64,000 nt of DNA, from IMG/VR virus record IMGVR_UViG_3300020256_000017; one strand, given 5' to 3'. This DNA comes from an uncultured virus (IMG/VR IMGVR_UViG_3300020256_000017). Taxonomy: Duplodnaviria > Heunggongvirae > Uroviricota > Caudoviricetes. The first letter of the stretch is position 1. Every line of letters starts with the position of its first letter. This document shows, one piece after another, positions 28,123 to 37,449 of this stretch. The notes below the pieces were generated by a model. The model made no database searches. It saw nothing but the letters and a program-made list of their open reading frames with translations, and was not told the origin of the DNA. The translations under genes and the position numbers were made by a program.

Positions 28123-28234
28123 ACTCAATGCCCTTTACACTCAAATGAGCAATAGAAGGGCAGATGTAAAAAAAGTTGACACTTGCCCTTTCATCTAATT
28201 GTGAGGCGGAAATTGCCGCCTCAACAACGTTAGT

Positions 28235-28705
28235 CTAATGCTTGTTTTTAAACAGAGAGACTACACGCCCATCGGCGGGTTCGCTCTCATTTTTAGGCGC
28301 AGTTGGCTCACTTCCCAATGCTCGCTCGGAAGCGATAAAAACAGGGGAGTATGACTCGGTTGCTTGAAGTTGCATGCCGTTGTTAAACGCACCAACAAAA
28401 ACAATATTGCCATAAGGGACAAGCACCTCAACGGGTTTACCTTTAAAAGACAGGGCGACGGCAAGTCCGTGCTCACCAAAGTTGCGATAACCGACCGCTG
28501 AAGACACGATGTTTAATGTAACTGTGCCTTTTTGGGCATCAACCATGTCGACAGGCACATCAAATAACATTGGTACGTTAGGATCTTTGGACATGCAGGC
28601 TACAGCGACAATGTGTATGGCGCGTGGAGATAATTGTGCCTCATAAAAATTAACCCACTGTTCAAGATATGCGCCTTTGGCTTTAAAAAACGTATTATGT
28701 TCCAT
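28235..28705 (-). CDS. SspB-like ClpXP adaptor (stringent starvation protein B family)
   Basis: VP..V..GTVTLNIVSSAV..FKGKPVEVLVPY core, flexible tail ending RVVSLFK. Confidence 0.7.
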   Translation of the reverse strand: MEHNTFFKAKGAYLEQWVNFYEAQLSPRAIHIVAVACMSKDPNVPMLFDVPVDMVDAQKGTVTLNIVSSAVGYRNFGEHGLAVALSFKGKPVEVLVPYGNIVFVGAFNNGMQLQATESYSPVFIASERALGSEPTAPKNESEPADGRVVSLFKNKH

Positions 28706-28725
28706 GTTTTTCCTTATTCGTTAAC

Positions 28726-29211
28726 CTACAGCGACGTGTCACTGTGTAGTGAAAATTGTGTGAAAAAGTCGTCGAGCCATTCTGAAACTGTGCAATCCAC
28801 AGCCTCTCTAGCATCATAAAGCGCGTCTTCCAAAGAAGGGCTAGAAGGCATGCTTTCATAAACATCTGAAGATGACGATGTGTAAACCATCTCAGGTCCA
28901 CCAAACTGCGCGGCCGTCAAATCAATGATATAGTCATCATCGGCAGTTATCCAATGATGACTAAAGCGCTCCCCTCTCTCGTTGACGACATGTCCCATTG
29001 CTAATTCGGCATCCACAAGACCAAGTGCAGGTAGCGCCGTTTCCAGAAAGACGGAGGTGAACTTGCACATGCTTTTATCTGGCGTGGCGAAAGGGCCTCC
29101 TTTAACCGCAACACCTAGTTTTTCATACATGGCATGCTTTTCTTGCCAGCGAGGCAACAAGAAACGACGTATCGCACTTAGCTCTTTATCTAATGCCTTG
29201 TTATGTTGCAT
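28726..29211 (-). CDS. Transglutaminase/papain-like fold protein
   Basis: Candidate Cys-His-Asp triad: SMCKF..HHW..IIDLTAAQF. Confidence 0.55.
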   Translation of the reverse strand: MQHNKALDKELSAIRRFLLPRWQEKHAMYEKLGVAVKGGPFATPDKSMCKFTSVFLETALPALGLVDAELAMGHVVNERGERFSHHWITADDDYIIDLTAAQFGGPEMVYTSSSSDVYESMPSSPSLEDALYDAREAVDCTVSEWLDDFFTQFSLHSDTSL

Positions 29212-29254
29212 GGAAAGCGACACAGCCAAGGTAGGGCGCAGTGCGCCCTTGTCA

Positions 29255-29509
29255 TTAAATGATTTCAACGCGATCGACGTCTTCAAGATCAAGATCCCAG
29301 CTGATAAGCATTCCTTTGATGAACTTACCATCATCAAAATCAGGGTCGTCACTCAGCATGTTGTTAAGTTCTTCCATGTCAATGACCATGTAGCCATTAT
29401 CATTAGTGGTTGTAAACGGGTAGCCTAGCGCTTTGGACAGTTCGTCTTTTTGCTTAGCGTTCAAGTCGCTGATGACAGCGGTGGTCAAAGTGTGAATATG
29501 TAAATTCAT
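29255..29509 (-). CDS. Small acidic hypothetical protein
   Basis: GAGGA RBS and box promoter. Confidence 0.75.
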   Translation of the reverse strand: MNLHIHTLTTAVISDLNAKQKDELSKALGYPFTTTNDNGYMVIDMEELNNMLSDDPDFDDGKFIKGMLISWDLDLEDVDRVEII

Positions 29510-29523
29510 GGCGTTTCCTCAGT

Positions 29524-29567
29524 TGTGTTGACGCTTTTATTGTCTCAAAAGTGCGTTATATTGTCAA
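29524..29567 (-). promoter_or_regulatory. GTCAACACA-box promoter
   Basis: TTGACA..TGAGACAAT..GTCAACACA. Confidence 0.85.
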
Positions 29568-29638
29568 CAAAAATTCAAGAGGTGTGGTGTCCTGATGCAA
29601 AACAGAAGAAGGGGACTGGGAGAAGATAATTGGTGCTG

Positions 29639-29833
29639 CTATACCATGGAACAAAGGACAAAAAAATAACCGCCTGGGTTTTTCTCCCAAGCGGTTTTGT
29701 GTTTACGTTTGCCCATCTTTGCTTCCTTACGTTTGTCGGCGTGGAACTCACCTTTGTTAAACGCAAGGCCGTGAAGATGAACAAAGTTTCGGGGCGCAGT
29801 TTCAGGGCGCTTACCTCTTTTCTTTGCCATCAT
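29639..29833 (-). CDS. Small basic protein, ArfA-like ribosome-rescue factor candidate
   Basis: AGGAGAG RBS; Lys/Arg-rich with GKRKHK..W; terminator inside the 3' end of the ORF. Confidence 0.5.
   Translation of the reverse strand: MMAKKRGKRPETAPRNFVHLHGLAFNKGEFHADKRKEAKMGKRKHKTAWEKNPGGYFFVLCSMV
29660..29696 (-). terminator. Intragenic intrinsic terminator upstream of the stop codon
   Basis: AACCGCUUGGG-loop-CCCAGGCGGUU followed by A and U7. Confidence 0.7.
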
Positions 29834-29981
29834 TCTCTCCTGACAGATTATCAAATTGTATTGCCTTCATTTAGAGAGTTCTCTCTTAGTGAAGGCCCAC
29901 ATTCTAATGGACTCTGTGAGCAAAGTAAAGTGGGTGCAAGTAAATAAACGTAGTGGTTGTGCTATCTCGGTGTTGATGTCG

Positions 29982-30782
29982 CTATGTACTCAGCAACTCT
30001 GACATTCTCTGGATTGACTGCTTAGCATAAGCGACAGCAGACTCGTGGGAAGTGAAAACCCTCACATTAGAGGCGTGGTAAGGCAATGGTTCTTTATCAT
30101 CAACATAAAACCCAAGAGGGAGGGTGACGGTATGACTTCCTGCTTGATACGTAATGTCAACGGTGAGGGCATCCCCTTCTCGATTAAAGGAAATGCCATC
30201 TACACCGACAGGAAAGCACTCGAAGTGAAATCCCGAGTCAAAGCTTGGTGCATAAACAAAGGTAAGTTCGCTGCCATAGCTAAGCGGGGCTGTGTCATTG
30301 ATACAAGGTAATTGCTTGCGCTCAATTGCTGTGGCCGGATCGTTAAGTAATGCGCGAAGGCGCGGGAGTGACTCCTCACAAAGCTCAATAGTAAAATCAT
30401 CCCGAAAAAACTTAATTCGTTTTTTCTTCTCATGGCGCAAAAGTCTCTCAAACTCTTCAATGGTTTTGTTTATGCCACTCTCGCTATCTTTGACCCATGC
30501 CATCAGCACACCCGTCGCCGTATTCCTTTCTATATAAGAAATCTTTGTTCTTGTGGTTTCCATGTCTGGCGAGGGATAGATTATTTGTCCTTTGCGTTTG
30601 TCGCGCAGAACAGGAGTAATACTAAAATTGTAGGGCGTTGGTATGTTTTCACCTAGCCGGCATGAATAATGTGGTCTAGGTGAAAATTCTTGTATGCGAT
30701 AAGACAGCGCCAAGTTGAGTGTATCAAGAAACGCTGTTTGTGCCGCGTCACTCTTTTTCTGTAATTTTAATGGAGAAGTCAT
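29982..30782 (-). CDS. Hypothetical protein
   Basis: 266 aa ORF. Confidence 0.75.
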   Translation of the reverse strand: MTSPLKLQKKSDAAQTAFLDTLNLALSYRIQEFSPRPHYSCRLGENIPTPYNFSITPVLRDKRKGQIIYPSPDMETTRTKISYIERNTATGVLMAWVKDSESGINKTIEEFERLLRHEKKKRIKFFRDDFTIELCEESLPRLRALLNDPATAIERKQLPCINDTAPLSYGSELTFVYAPSFDSGFHFECFPVGVDGISFNREGDALTVDITYQAGSHTVTLPLGFYVDDKEPLPYHASNVRVFTSHESAVAYAKQSIQRMSELLST

Positions 30783-30930
30783 ATAAGTTCATCTTGCTGT
30801 TTTAGTGAATTATAACAATTCCAGCTTTTTTATTCAACCATAAAATACAACGGGGAGAGTGGCATCTTATTTGCAGGAAACATAACAATAGATATTGCAA
30901 CAAATGTAGATAAAGAAAACAGGATTTCCA

Positions 30931-31641
30931 ATGCGATACAAATTACTAATGGCGGCAATGATTTTCGCATCAGGCGCAGTTAATGCCGAGACGTTTATAT
31001 CCAATTCGGGCGATGAGTTTATGGCAACAGATGTTGCTATGGCAGGTGATGCCAAGGCGACGCTGCATAGAGAAACAGGGATAGAGTGGCTTGATTTGAC
31101 AGAAACGCGCAACTATTCCATTAATCAAATTGAAAGCCTGTTAGCGAGTGACACGCCGAATGCATTTACGGGATGGCGTTTGGCGCTAAACAGCGAAGTG
31201 GAAACGATGATGGCGGCTTTTTTTAGCGGTTATGCATATGATGGCACTCAGAGCACCGTGAGAGAACACGAGGCAACGAACCCTATGTATGACTTTGCTG
31301 ATTTGTTTGGGGACGGGTCTCGCAGCGTCAATTACACGCTCGGCAAGTATATTGATGAAAACGATAGCGTGGCGCTGGCAGGTTCTTATGTTAACTCAAG
31401 TGTTTACAGTTTACTGTATGGAACGGAATACAATGCAGCTGGCTATTCGAGATCATCAACGCCATACGGTGTGTTTTTAGTATCAGATGGCGGTGTGACA
31501 TTAAGCTCAATTAACGACCCTACGCTGAATGCAAGAAACCCTAACTCGCCTTCAGCAGCAAATGTTTCTGTTAGTGGCGTTTCGATGTTGGGTTTAATGT
31601 GCCTGGGCGCGGGCGCATGGGCCAGACGCAGAAAGGCATAA
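30931..31641 (+). CDS. PEP-CTERM-like sorted surface protein
   Basis: Signal peptide, TM helix with RRRK tail; shares ATLHxETGIEWL and LVSDGGVTLSSINDP with 19880. Confidence 0.8.
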   Translation: MRYKLLMAAMIFASGAVNAETFISNSGDEFMATDVAMAGDAKATLHRETGIEWLDLTETRNYSINQIESLLASDTPNAFTGWRLALNSEVETMMAAFFSGYAYDGTQSTVREHEATNPMYDFADLFGDGSRSVNYTLGKYIDENDSVALAGSYVNSSVYSLLYGTEYNAAGYSRSSTPYGVFLVSDGGVTLSSINDPTLNARNPNSPSAANVSVSGVSMLGLMCLGAGAWARRRKA

Positions 31642-31664
31642 GCAACACCTCATCGAAGGCCGTC

Positions 31665-31946
31665 TTACGGAATAAGGCGGCCTCTCTCTTTCATGGATGC
31701 ATAGCGCATGTGGCAAAAGTCAACAATGCGTTCAGGCAGTGATGCTGACGGCATACCATCTTTCATGCCTTTCTTCCACTGCTTCTCTGAAGACGTGTAC
31801 GCAACAACTTCAACGCGACAGGCCGAGTTATCACCGCTAGGCGAAAGCAACAGTTCATACTGAACCTCATCGCTTTCAATCTTAACTTTTACTGTTTGAT
31901 TGGGTGCGGGTGTACACTTTCCGCTAAACGCATTAAGCTCTTTCAT
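31665..31946 (-). CDS. Hypothetical protein
   Basis: 93 aa ORF. Confidence 0.6.
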   Translation of the reverse strand: MKELNAFSGKCTPAPNQTVKVKIESDEVQYELLLSPSGDNSACRVEVVAYTSSEKQWKKGMKDGMPSASLPERIVDFCHMRYASMKERGRLIP

Positions 31947-32025
31947 TGTTTATCTTATCCTATCTTTGATGCCTGTAATCATACGCAAAAGCGGCCCTAA
32001 AGTCAATGGCGTTAAGTCTTTCTGG

Positions 32026-32475
32026 CTACTCGCCTGCAATGCGAGAGTCAATTGTATCGCAACCTACTCGTACTGTTTCTAAAAGCTCATCGTCAGGTAG
32101 CGTCAGCAGTGCTGCAAGCTGAGAACGTATAGCCCATGCAGAGGCATGCTTCCCGTCTTCATCAACAGTAAAAAGCGCAACATCTACCGTCGCGTCGTGC
32201 TCCCACAAAGGGGCGTCTTCGCACTTCCAAGACACTTGCTCACCAGCAAGCATAAAGTGTAACATGTAGGTGTCATGCAGGCCTTTTAGGGTATGAAGTA
32301 CCGCTTCTTTATCTTTCATCGAATCTATGACTGAAAACACTTCATTTTTCAGCATGGCAAGGCGGTTCGCTTCAGGTACGTCTTTTGATGGGTACGCGCT
32401 TTTTTTGATTAATTGAGTGGCCGCAAGTTTCATTGCGCACCATAGTGCTTGGATATCTAAGGTGTAATGTTTCAT
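32026..32475 (-). CDS. Hypothetical protein
   Basis: GAGGAG RBS directly after box. Confidence 0.75.
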   Translation of the reverse strand: MKHYTLDIQALWCAMKLAATQLIKKSAYPSKDVPEANRLAMLKNEVFSVIDSMKDKEAVLHTLKGLHDTYMLHFMLAGEQVSWKCEDAPLWEHDATVDVALFTVDEDGKHASAWAIRSQLAALLTLPDDELLETVRVGCDTIDSRIAGE

Positions 32476-32488
32476 CGTCATCTCCTCA

Positions 32489-32532
32489 TGTGTTGACGAT
32501 GTTAGTATACCTTTATGAGGCGATATGTCTGT
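32489..32532 (-). promoter_or_regulatory. GTCAACACA-box promoter (weak -35)
   Basis: TATACT -10, then GTCAACACA; -35 degenerate. Confidence 0.7.
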
Positions 32533-32713
32533 AGACGATAAGTCTCATTTGCTGTTATCTCATCTACTTAATTCGAGAACGTCTAAAAAGAATGGCGCGC
32601 TGGTGATGGGGATTTTACTTGTGGCTGGTTGGTGGAATAAACGCAAAAAAAAGCCCCTGCACGAGTCAGAGGCAACCAGGGAAGCAGCATACCTTGCTGC
32701 CAGAGGTTTTCGG

Positions 32714-33154
32714 TTAGGTCTCGTTGTCAGAGACCACAGATTTGTCGATGAATGTTTGCAATGCGCTTAATGAAAGTATACTCCATACGCCGGTAATTGC
32801 AACAACAAGCATGAGTGGTGTCGTGTAAGATAAGTGTAAGCTCCACCCCGTCACTAACGCAAAAAAACCAAAGTGATACGCGCTAGGTCGAGCATTAACG
32901 TATTTTATTAGCTGCTCTCTGTCTAACGTGTTACGACATGTTATGTGATCAAATAGGCTACCAAGCTGATGGTTTGCCCCGTTGTTTCCGAACGTTAGAA
33001 TTATGCCAAGTATTGCCCATAAGCTGACAAATAAAGTCATACCAAAAAGCGTGATAAGCATGACATAATAAAAAACGGCAAAACCAACACTTTGCGTAAA
33101 AGAGAGGTAGCGGTCTGTGTCTTTGATATAAGATGGCAGTTCGTTTTGTTTCAC
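32714..33154 (-). CDS. Hypothetical membrane protein
   Basis: Several hydrophobic helices; box promoter. Confidence 0.75.
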   Translation of the reverse strand: MKQNELPSYIKDTDRYLSFTQSVGFAVFYYVMLITLFGMTLFVSLWAILGIILTFGNNGANHQLGSLFDHITCRNTLDREQLIKYVNARPSAYHFGFFALVTGWSLHLSYTTPLMLVVAITGVWSILSLSALQTFIDKSVVSDNET

Positions 33155-33170
33155 AGTTAAAGCCTATTGT

Positions 33171-33214
33171 TGTGTTGACGTGGTTATTGTCTCAAACAAT
33201 GAGAGCGTTGTCAA
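33171..33214 (-). promoter_or_regulatory. GTCAACACA-box promoter
   Basis: TTGACA..TGAGACAAT..GTCAACACA. Confidence 0.85.
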
Positions 33215-33244
33215 TGTGTTTGACAATCGCTCATCGTCGGCAAA

Positions 33245-33844
33245 CTACAGTGCTGTCACGTCGCTGAAGGGGGAGGCCCATAGTTCATTTTTACTAACAA
33301 TGACACCATCGTCTCCCAAGGCTTTGATAACGCGCTCAAATGCGTCATCTTCCGTTTCGCAATCTTTAATATTAAAGAACTGTTGAGTTAGCGTTTCAAC
33401 CACCACGAAGCCCTTTGTCGCAGGTTGTTCGGACTCCACCTTGAAGTTGTCGGGGTCAAAAACTTCACCGTTGCCCTCAAATAATCCATTGAGGTAAGCT
33501 GAAAAACGAAAAGCTTTGTTTTTCTCACTGTCGGAGGTCTGTTGCGTTAGTTGATAGACCTCAACAACACCGGTGTCGAACGATTGTTCAGGTTCAAAGT
33601 AAACGCCTTGCATAGACCATGTTTGTTTCTGGACAGAACCATTCTCCAACCAAACCGGTATAAGCGATATCGTCTGCTGCACAAGTTCATTGAACTCTTC
33701 GCCTTCGAAAAAACCCTCAGCAACATCATCACCAAAGATGTTGTTAAGTCGGGAGGCGAGCTTTTTCTGCGCCTCTTTTGAGTTATCGGCAAGCATGCTG
33801 GCGATAATAAAGTCATTGACTGTGATATGATCAAGAAGGTGCAT
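33245..33844 (-). CDS. Hypothetical acidic protein
   Basis: Start MHLLDH after GGAG RBS and box. Confidence 0.75.
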   Translation of the reverse strand: MHLLDHITVNDFIIASMLADNSKEAQKKLASRLNNIFGDDVAEGFFEGEEFNELVQQTISLIPVWLENGSVQKQTWSMQGVYFEPEQSFDTGVVEVYQLTQQTSDSEKNKAFRFSAYLNGLFEGNGEVFDPDNFKVESEQPATKGFVVVETLTQQFFNIKDCETEDDAFERVIKALGDDGVIVSKNELWASPFSDVTAL

Positions 33845-33859
33845 AAATTTCTCCATTGT

Positions 33860-33904
33860 TGTGTTGACGCGTTACATCCTCTCATAAGAGGCGGAATAAA
33901 TCAA
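33860..33904 (-). promoter_or_regulatory. GTCAACACA-box promoter
   Basis: TTGATT..TGAGAGGAT..GTCAACACA. Confidence 0.8.
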
Positions 33905-34770
33905 GCGCATTGGCGTTGCGTGAAAACAACAGGATATTCTGCGGCTTCCAGGTAGTTAACGGCACTGTCTTTTGAAGTTTTATTGTTGGTATAAGCGTCA
34001 AGTCCCTCGCGAAAAACAAAGCAGGTTAATTCTGACGAACTAGGTTGCTTGTGCGTCATGCGGTGTTGATTTGATAATTTAACAAATAGCGCAAGGTTAA
34101 TTTTCATAAACCGTGAGGTGCTTCTTTCTTCACGAGTCAGTGTTGAAGCGCCGAAAATATCAGAAGATGCATTATTTGGGTGCATGTATGGCGTTATGTA
34201 CTGCAATCCAACAGAAGCGCACTGTTTATCCCAACTCCACCACAATGCTGCCATATCACGCTCAACGTCCAGCGGAAGAAGGTGATCATTATTTTCTTGT
34301 GAACCAAAATACAAGAGAAACCCACTGTGAAGCGCAAGCAGAGAGGCTTCTGTAGTGTGGGCATCACTGCGAGACATATCATAGCGATACGCTTGATAGA
34401 GTTGTTCTGGTTGCGTTACGTTGCTTGCCACCCAAGACAAGGCTCGGAATGCGTCGTTAACCGTCGAAGCCATATTATTTCGCATACCCTCACTATCAAA
34501 CACCGTAAGGGCGCGAGTGAACTCTTCATGATGATAAGCAAGCGCGTCGCGGAGCTCGTCTACGCTTCTGTTGACTAGGTATGCATCAATGATGATGCGG
34601 GTGAGGTATGTTGATGCGAGCGACATGTTTTGTGGCGTCAAACTTTCTGGCTTAGCCGTAAAGAAAAGATATTGCCCTGAACGCATCGACTCCTTGGCGT
34701 TGGCGATGAACGCGAGAAGTTGCTCCGGCAGTGAGTGTTTTTTAGGGAGTGGGAACGGTGTTGTGTTCAT
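33901..34770 (-). CDS. Hypothetical protein
   Basis: Likely start MNTTPFP. Confidence 0.7.
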   Translation of the reverse strand: MNTTPFPLPKKHSLPEQLLAFIANAKESMRSGQYLFFTAKPESLTPQNMSLASTYLTRIIIDAYLVNRSVDELRDALAYHHEEFTRALTVFDSEGMRNNMASTVNDAFRALSWVASNVTQPEQLYQAYRYDMSRSDAHTTEASLLALHSGFLLYFGSQENNDHLLPLDVERDMAALWWSWDKQCASVGLQYITPYMHPNNASSDIFGASTLTREERSTSRFMKINLALFVKLSNQHRMTHKQPSSSELTCFVFREGLDAYTNNKTSKDSAVNYLEAAEYPVVFTQRQCA

Positions 34771-34795
34771 AGTTTTTCGCTCAATGGTGGTGTTA

Positions 34796-34978
34796 TTAAT
34801 GGCATTCACGTTGATAAGTGTCTCGGGCCTCTTCGTAGCGCATGGGTGGTACAACCGTACTCATGCAAGCATTACACGTAGCATTTCCATCTTCATGAAC
34901 GGTGGTGCTTGTGTCTCGATGGCAATAAGGGCAATGAAAGTCTAAAATGACAAAATTTGGGTCATTGAAAAAACGCAT
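34796..34978 (-). CDS. Small zinc-ribbon-like protein
   Basis: CPYC..CNAC..C; GAGGGA RBS. Confidence 0.55.
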   Translation of the reverse strand: MRFFNDPNFVILDFHCPYCHRDTSTTVHEDGNATCNACMSTVVPPMRYEEARDTYQRECH

Positions 34979-35043
34979 GGTTTATCCCTCTAGCTGTGAA
35001 TGTGTAAACAATAACAAGTCGAGAGGGCTAAATCAACTTTTAA

Positions 35044-35361
35044 TTAAATGTTGTAATCTGGGAGGCTGGCGGCTTGGATAGCAACAAAGGCAACACTTTC
35101 CTCAACGGGTGTTGCAATGCACTCCACACGCAACAGGGGGGTGTTGGAGAGCCAGCGCAGGTGTTCATCGTCTTCCAAAGTAACAGAAACGCCGACAATG
35201 GCGTCTGAGCCAGCTATCCCCTTAACTTTGACTTGCGACGCGTCAACGCCAAAGATGAATCCATCGCACTGCCCCCACGCGTCAGGTTGCATTTTCACCT
35301 GCAAGCAAAATCCATCTTTACGTTTTAATAGCGCCATATAAGAAACGTTTTCATATATCAT
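35044..35361 (-). CDS. Hypothetical protein
   Basis: AAGGA RBS just after the upstream stop. Confidence 0.7.
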   Translation of the reverse strand: MIYENVSYMALLKRKDGFCLQVKMQPDAWGQCDGFIFGVDASQVKVKGIAGSDAIVGVSVTLEDDEHLRWLSNTPLLRVECIATPVEESVAFVAIQAASLPDYNI

Positions 35362-35373
35362 AACAACTTCCTT

Positions 35374-37374
35374 TTATCGTGATAATTTGTGCTGTAACGA
35401 CGCGTCCAAATCCGGTGTATTTTGTGATACCGCGTGCGGAGAAGGAACGTCAAAGAGTCTCATTGTATCACCAAAACTCTGCAATAGCACATCTTTCGCG
35501 TAACTGTCAGCGTCGATGCCATCGTATTTGCGAGTTGCCAGGTATGTGTGATCAAAAAGTCGGGCCGTGCTTTTGTTAAGCGAAAAGAATCCACCTTCAT
35601 AAGATGGTTGGGGGGATAGTTTAATCTCGTTAAGCCAGTCGCCTACGGTGTCCATAGCAACACTTAACTGACCCGGCTTTGTAAGTGTAATTGACAATAC
35701 GCTAGATGAAGCCTCTGAGCGTCGTTGGCCTTCCATGTGGGTTGAAATATGCATCATAGCGATTCCGTGTTCGCTTAATTTATCGCTCAGCAACTGGTTC
35801 TGTTCGTTAGTGCTAGAGATGCCATTTTCGCTGTTGTTAGTTAATGGGATGAGGAGTCTGTCGTGTTCTCGTGTGGCTGATTTAGGCGTTACAATTGCGG
35901 TCTTGATAGGCCCATCACCACCATTAAGGACCAATGACGCCTTAACAGGCATTCGAGGGTTGTATAATGATTGTCTTTCAACTTCAATAAACCCGTTTTG
36001 TAGATACTCGACACCATCAACGGCTAAGGGCATTACCGAACGGAGTGCCGATGGTGCGTTAATGTTAAGTTCTGAGGCCATGTCCTTTGCTAGGTCAAGG
36101 GCTGCGTTTGCAAACTCAGTGTCACTCATGTTAGAAAAAGTCATCAAATCATCGCGCTGAGATAACTCCTTTTGTATGTAAGGTGAGTGTTCAAGCGCGT
36201 GGTAAAATGCATCCATGACTTTTCCTTTCTGAGCGAAATCCCATGTTTTTGCTTGCTCCGCATTTGCACTGATAAGCGCATCCATAGCGTATATGCCTAG
36301 GGTCGTATCATGCTTAACTCTTGAAAGTAAAGCGCCATCTGTACCAGGGGCGTTAGGGTCACTTAGCGTGATCTTATGCGTTTCAGTATCGACCTTTAAA
36401 GGAAGCTCTGAAGCAACCGATTGAATGATTTTTTTATTCAATGATGCGGCTATTTCTTCCCGCATACGAATGATGCCGTCTGTATAAGCATCTATGGTCT
36501 CCTGAGGCTCACCATTAGCTAGCATAGTGGACTGCACAGCGAGGATCATTTGAGCGTCGCTGTGCGTTTCCATTTTTATTTTAGTGGAGCTTAATGTTTG
36601 TAAAGGATTGTTTGATGTAGATCCTGCATACACAAGGTTGTCCTGTGAGATATCTTGATGGTGATGACTGTGCCCAATCTCGTGCACAATCCAACCAGAC
36701 CGCCAATAGCGGGAGACACTTTCGTAATGTTGAGGTGAGACAAAACTAAGAATCTCTTTCTCCATTATATTAGAGGCTTCATTGAGATTGACAATGTTGG
36801 CGTTTTTAGTCGCCATAAGCCCTATTTCCATCGTCATTTGATGTGCAAATAAGGGTGATGTAGACATGAGGGAACGCGATATTCGCTCTTTTGTATGTTT
36901 CAAAGAAAGGTTTGTCATGTCTTTCCCTTCATGAACGGAGTGGTCCGTCATCCCCCCTAATTCAAGGGTTGCCCTGTCCAGCGTCGTTTTGTCGTGGTGG
37001 ATGTCGTTCCAGCCGGGGTAGTTAGAAAACAAAGAGGGGATGTCGTCTTTGTAGTCATCGGTTTTAATATTGCCTACGTACCCATCCTGATGCACAACAA
37101 TGACACCTTCCAGCCACTCCTCTTTAGGCATCCTGGTGTCGATAAGAACCCCACCATTGTTTTCTTGGATGTCAGTGGTAGTAAGAAGTACACTAGGGTT
37201 GCTGATGTCAGCATAAGGCGTGGGGATGCCCTCTTCAAGGGTTTGCGATATCGCGACAACCTGTTCAAGATTGTCGGGTGTTGTTGGTTCATGCATGGAG
37301 GCGACAGCGGCATTGGGTAACAGCATGCTTGCAATTAGTGCAGAGGTGATGATTTTGTTCGAGATTGTGTTCAT
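35374..37374 (-). CDS. Exported HExxH (zincin-like) metallopeptidase candidate, tandem paralog
   Basis: Signal peptide, HEIGH and downstream ETHSD. Confidence 0.7.
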   Translation of the reverse strand: MNTISNKIITSALIASMLLPNAAVASMHEPTTPDNLEQVVAISQTLEEGIPTPYADISNPSVLLTTTDIQENNGGVLIDTRMPKEEWLEGVIVVHQDGYVGNIKTDDYKDDIPSLFSNYPGWNDIHHDKTTLDRATLELGGMTDHSVHEGKDMTNLSLKHTKERISRSLMSTSPLFAHQMTMEIGLMATKNANIVNLNEASNIMEKEILSFVSPQHYESVSRYWRSGWIVHEIGHSHHHQDISQDNLVYAGSTSNNPLQTLSSTKIKMETHSDAQMILAVQSTMLANGEPQETIDAYTDGIIRMREEIAASLNKKIIQSVASELPLKVDTETHKITLSDPNAPGTDGALLSRVKHDTTLGIYAMDALISANAEQAKTWDFAQKGKVMDAFYHALEHSPYIQKELSQRDDLMTFSNMSDTEFANAALDLAKDMASELNINAPSALRSVMPLAVDGVEYLQNGFIEVERQSLYNPRMPVKASLVLNGGDGPIKTAIVTPKSATREHDRLLIPLTNNSENGISSTNEQNQLLSDKLSEHGIAMMHISTHMEGQRRSEASSSVLSITLTKPGQLSVAMDTVGDWLNEIKLSPQPSYEGGFFSLNKSTARLFDHTYLATRKYDGIDADSYAKDVLLQSFGDTMRLFDVPSPHAVSQNTPDLDASLQHKLSR

Positions 37375-37449
37375 AAAGCCATGTCTTTATTAGTTATAAT
37401 TTAACAGCGCCATATAAGAAACGTTTTCATATGCCACAACAACGTCCTT

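Noticed and set aside
32530..32710. Possible small RNA between 32026 and 32714
   Set aside because: The hairpins with a minus-strand U run are adequately explained as the terminator of gene 32714; no separate promoter seen.
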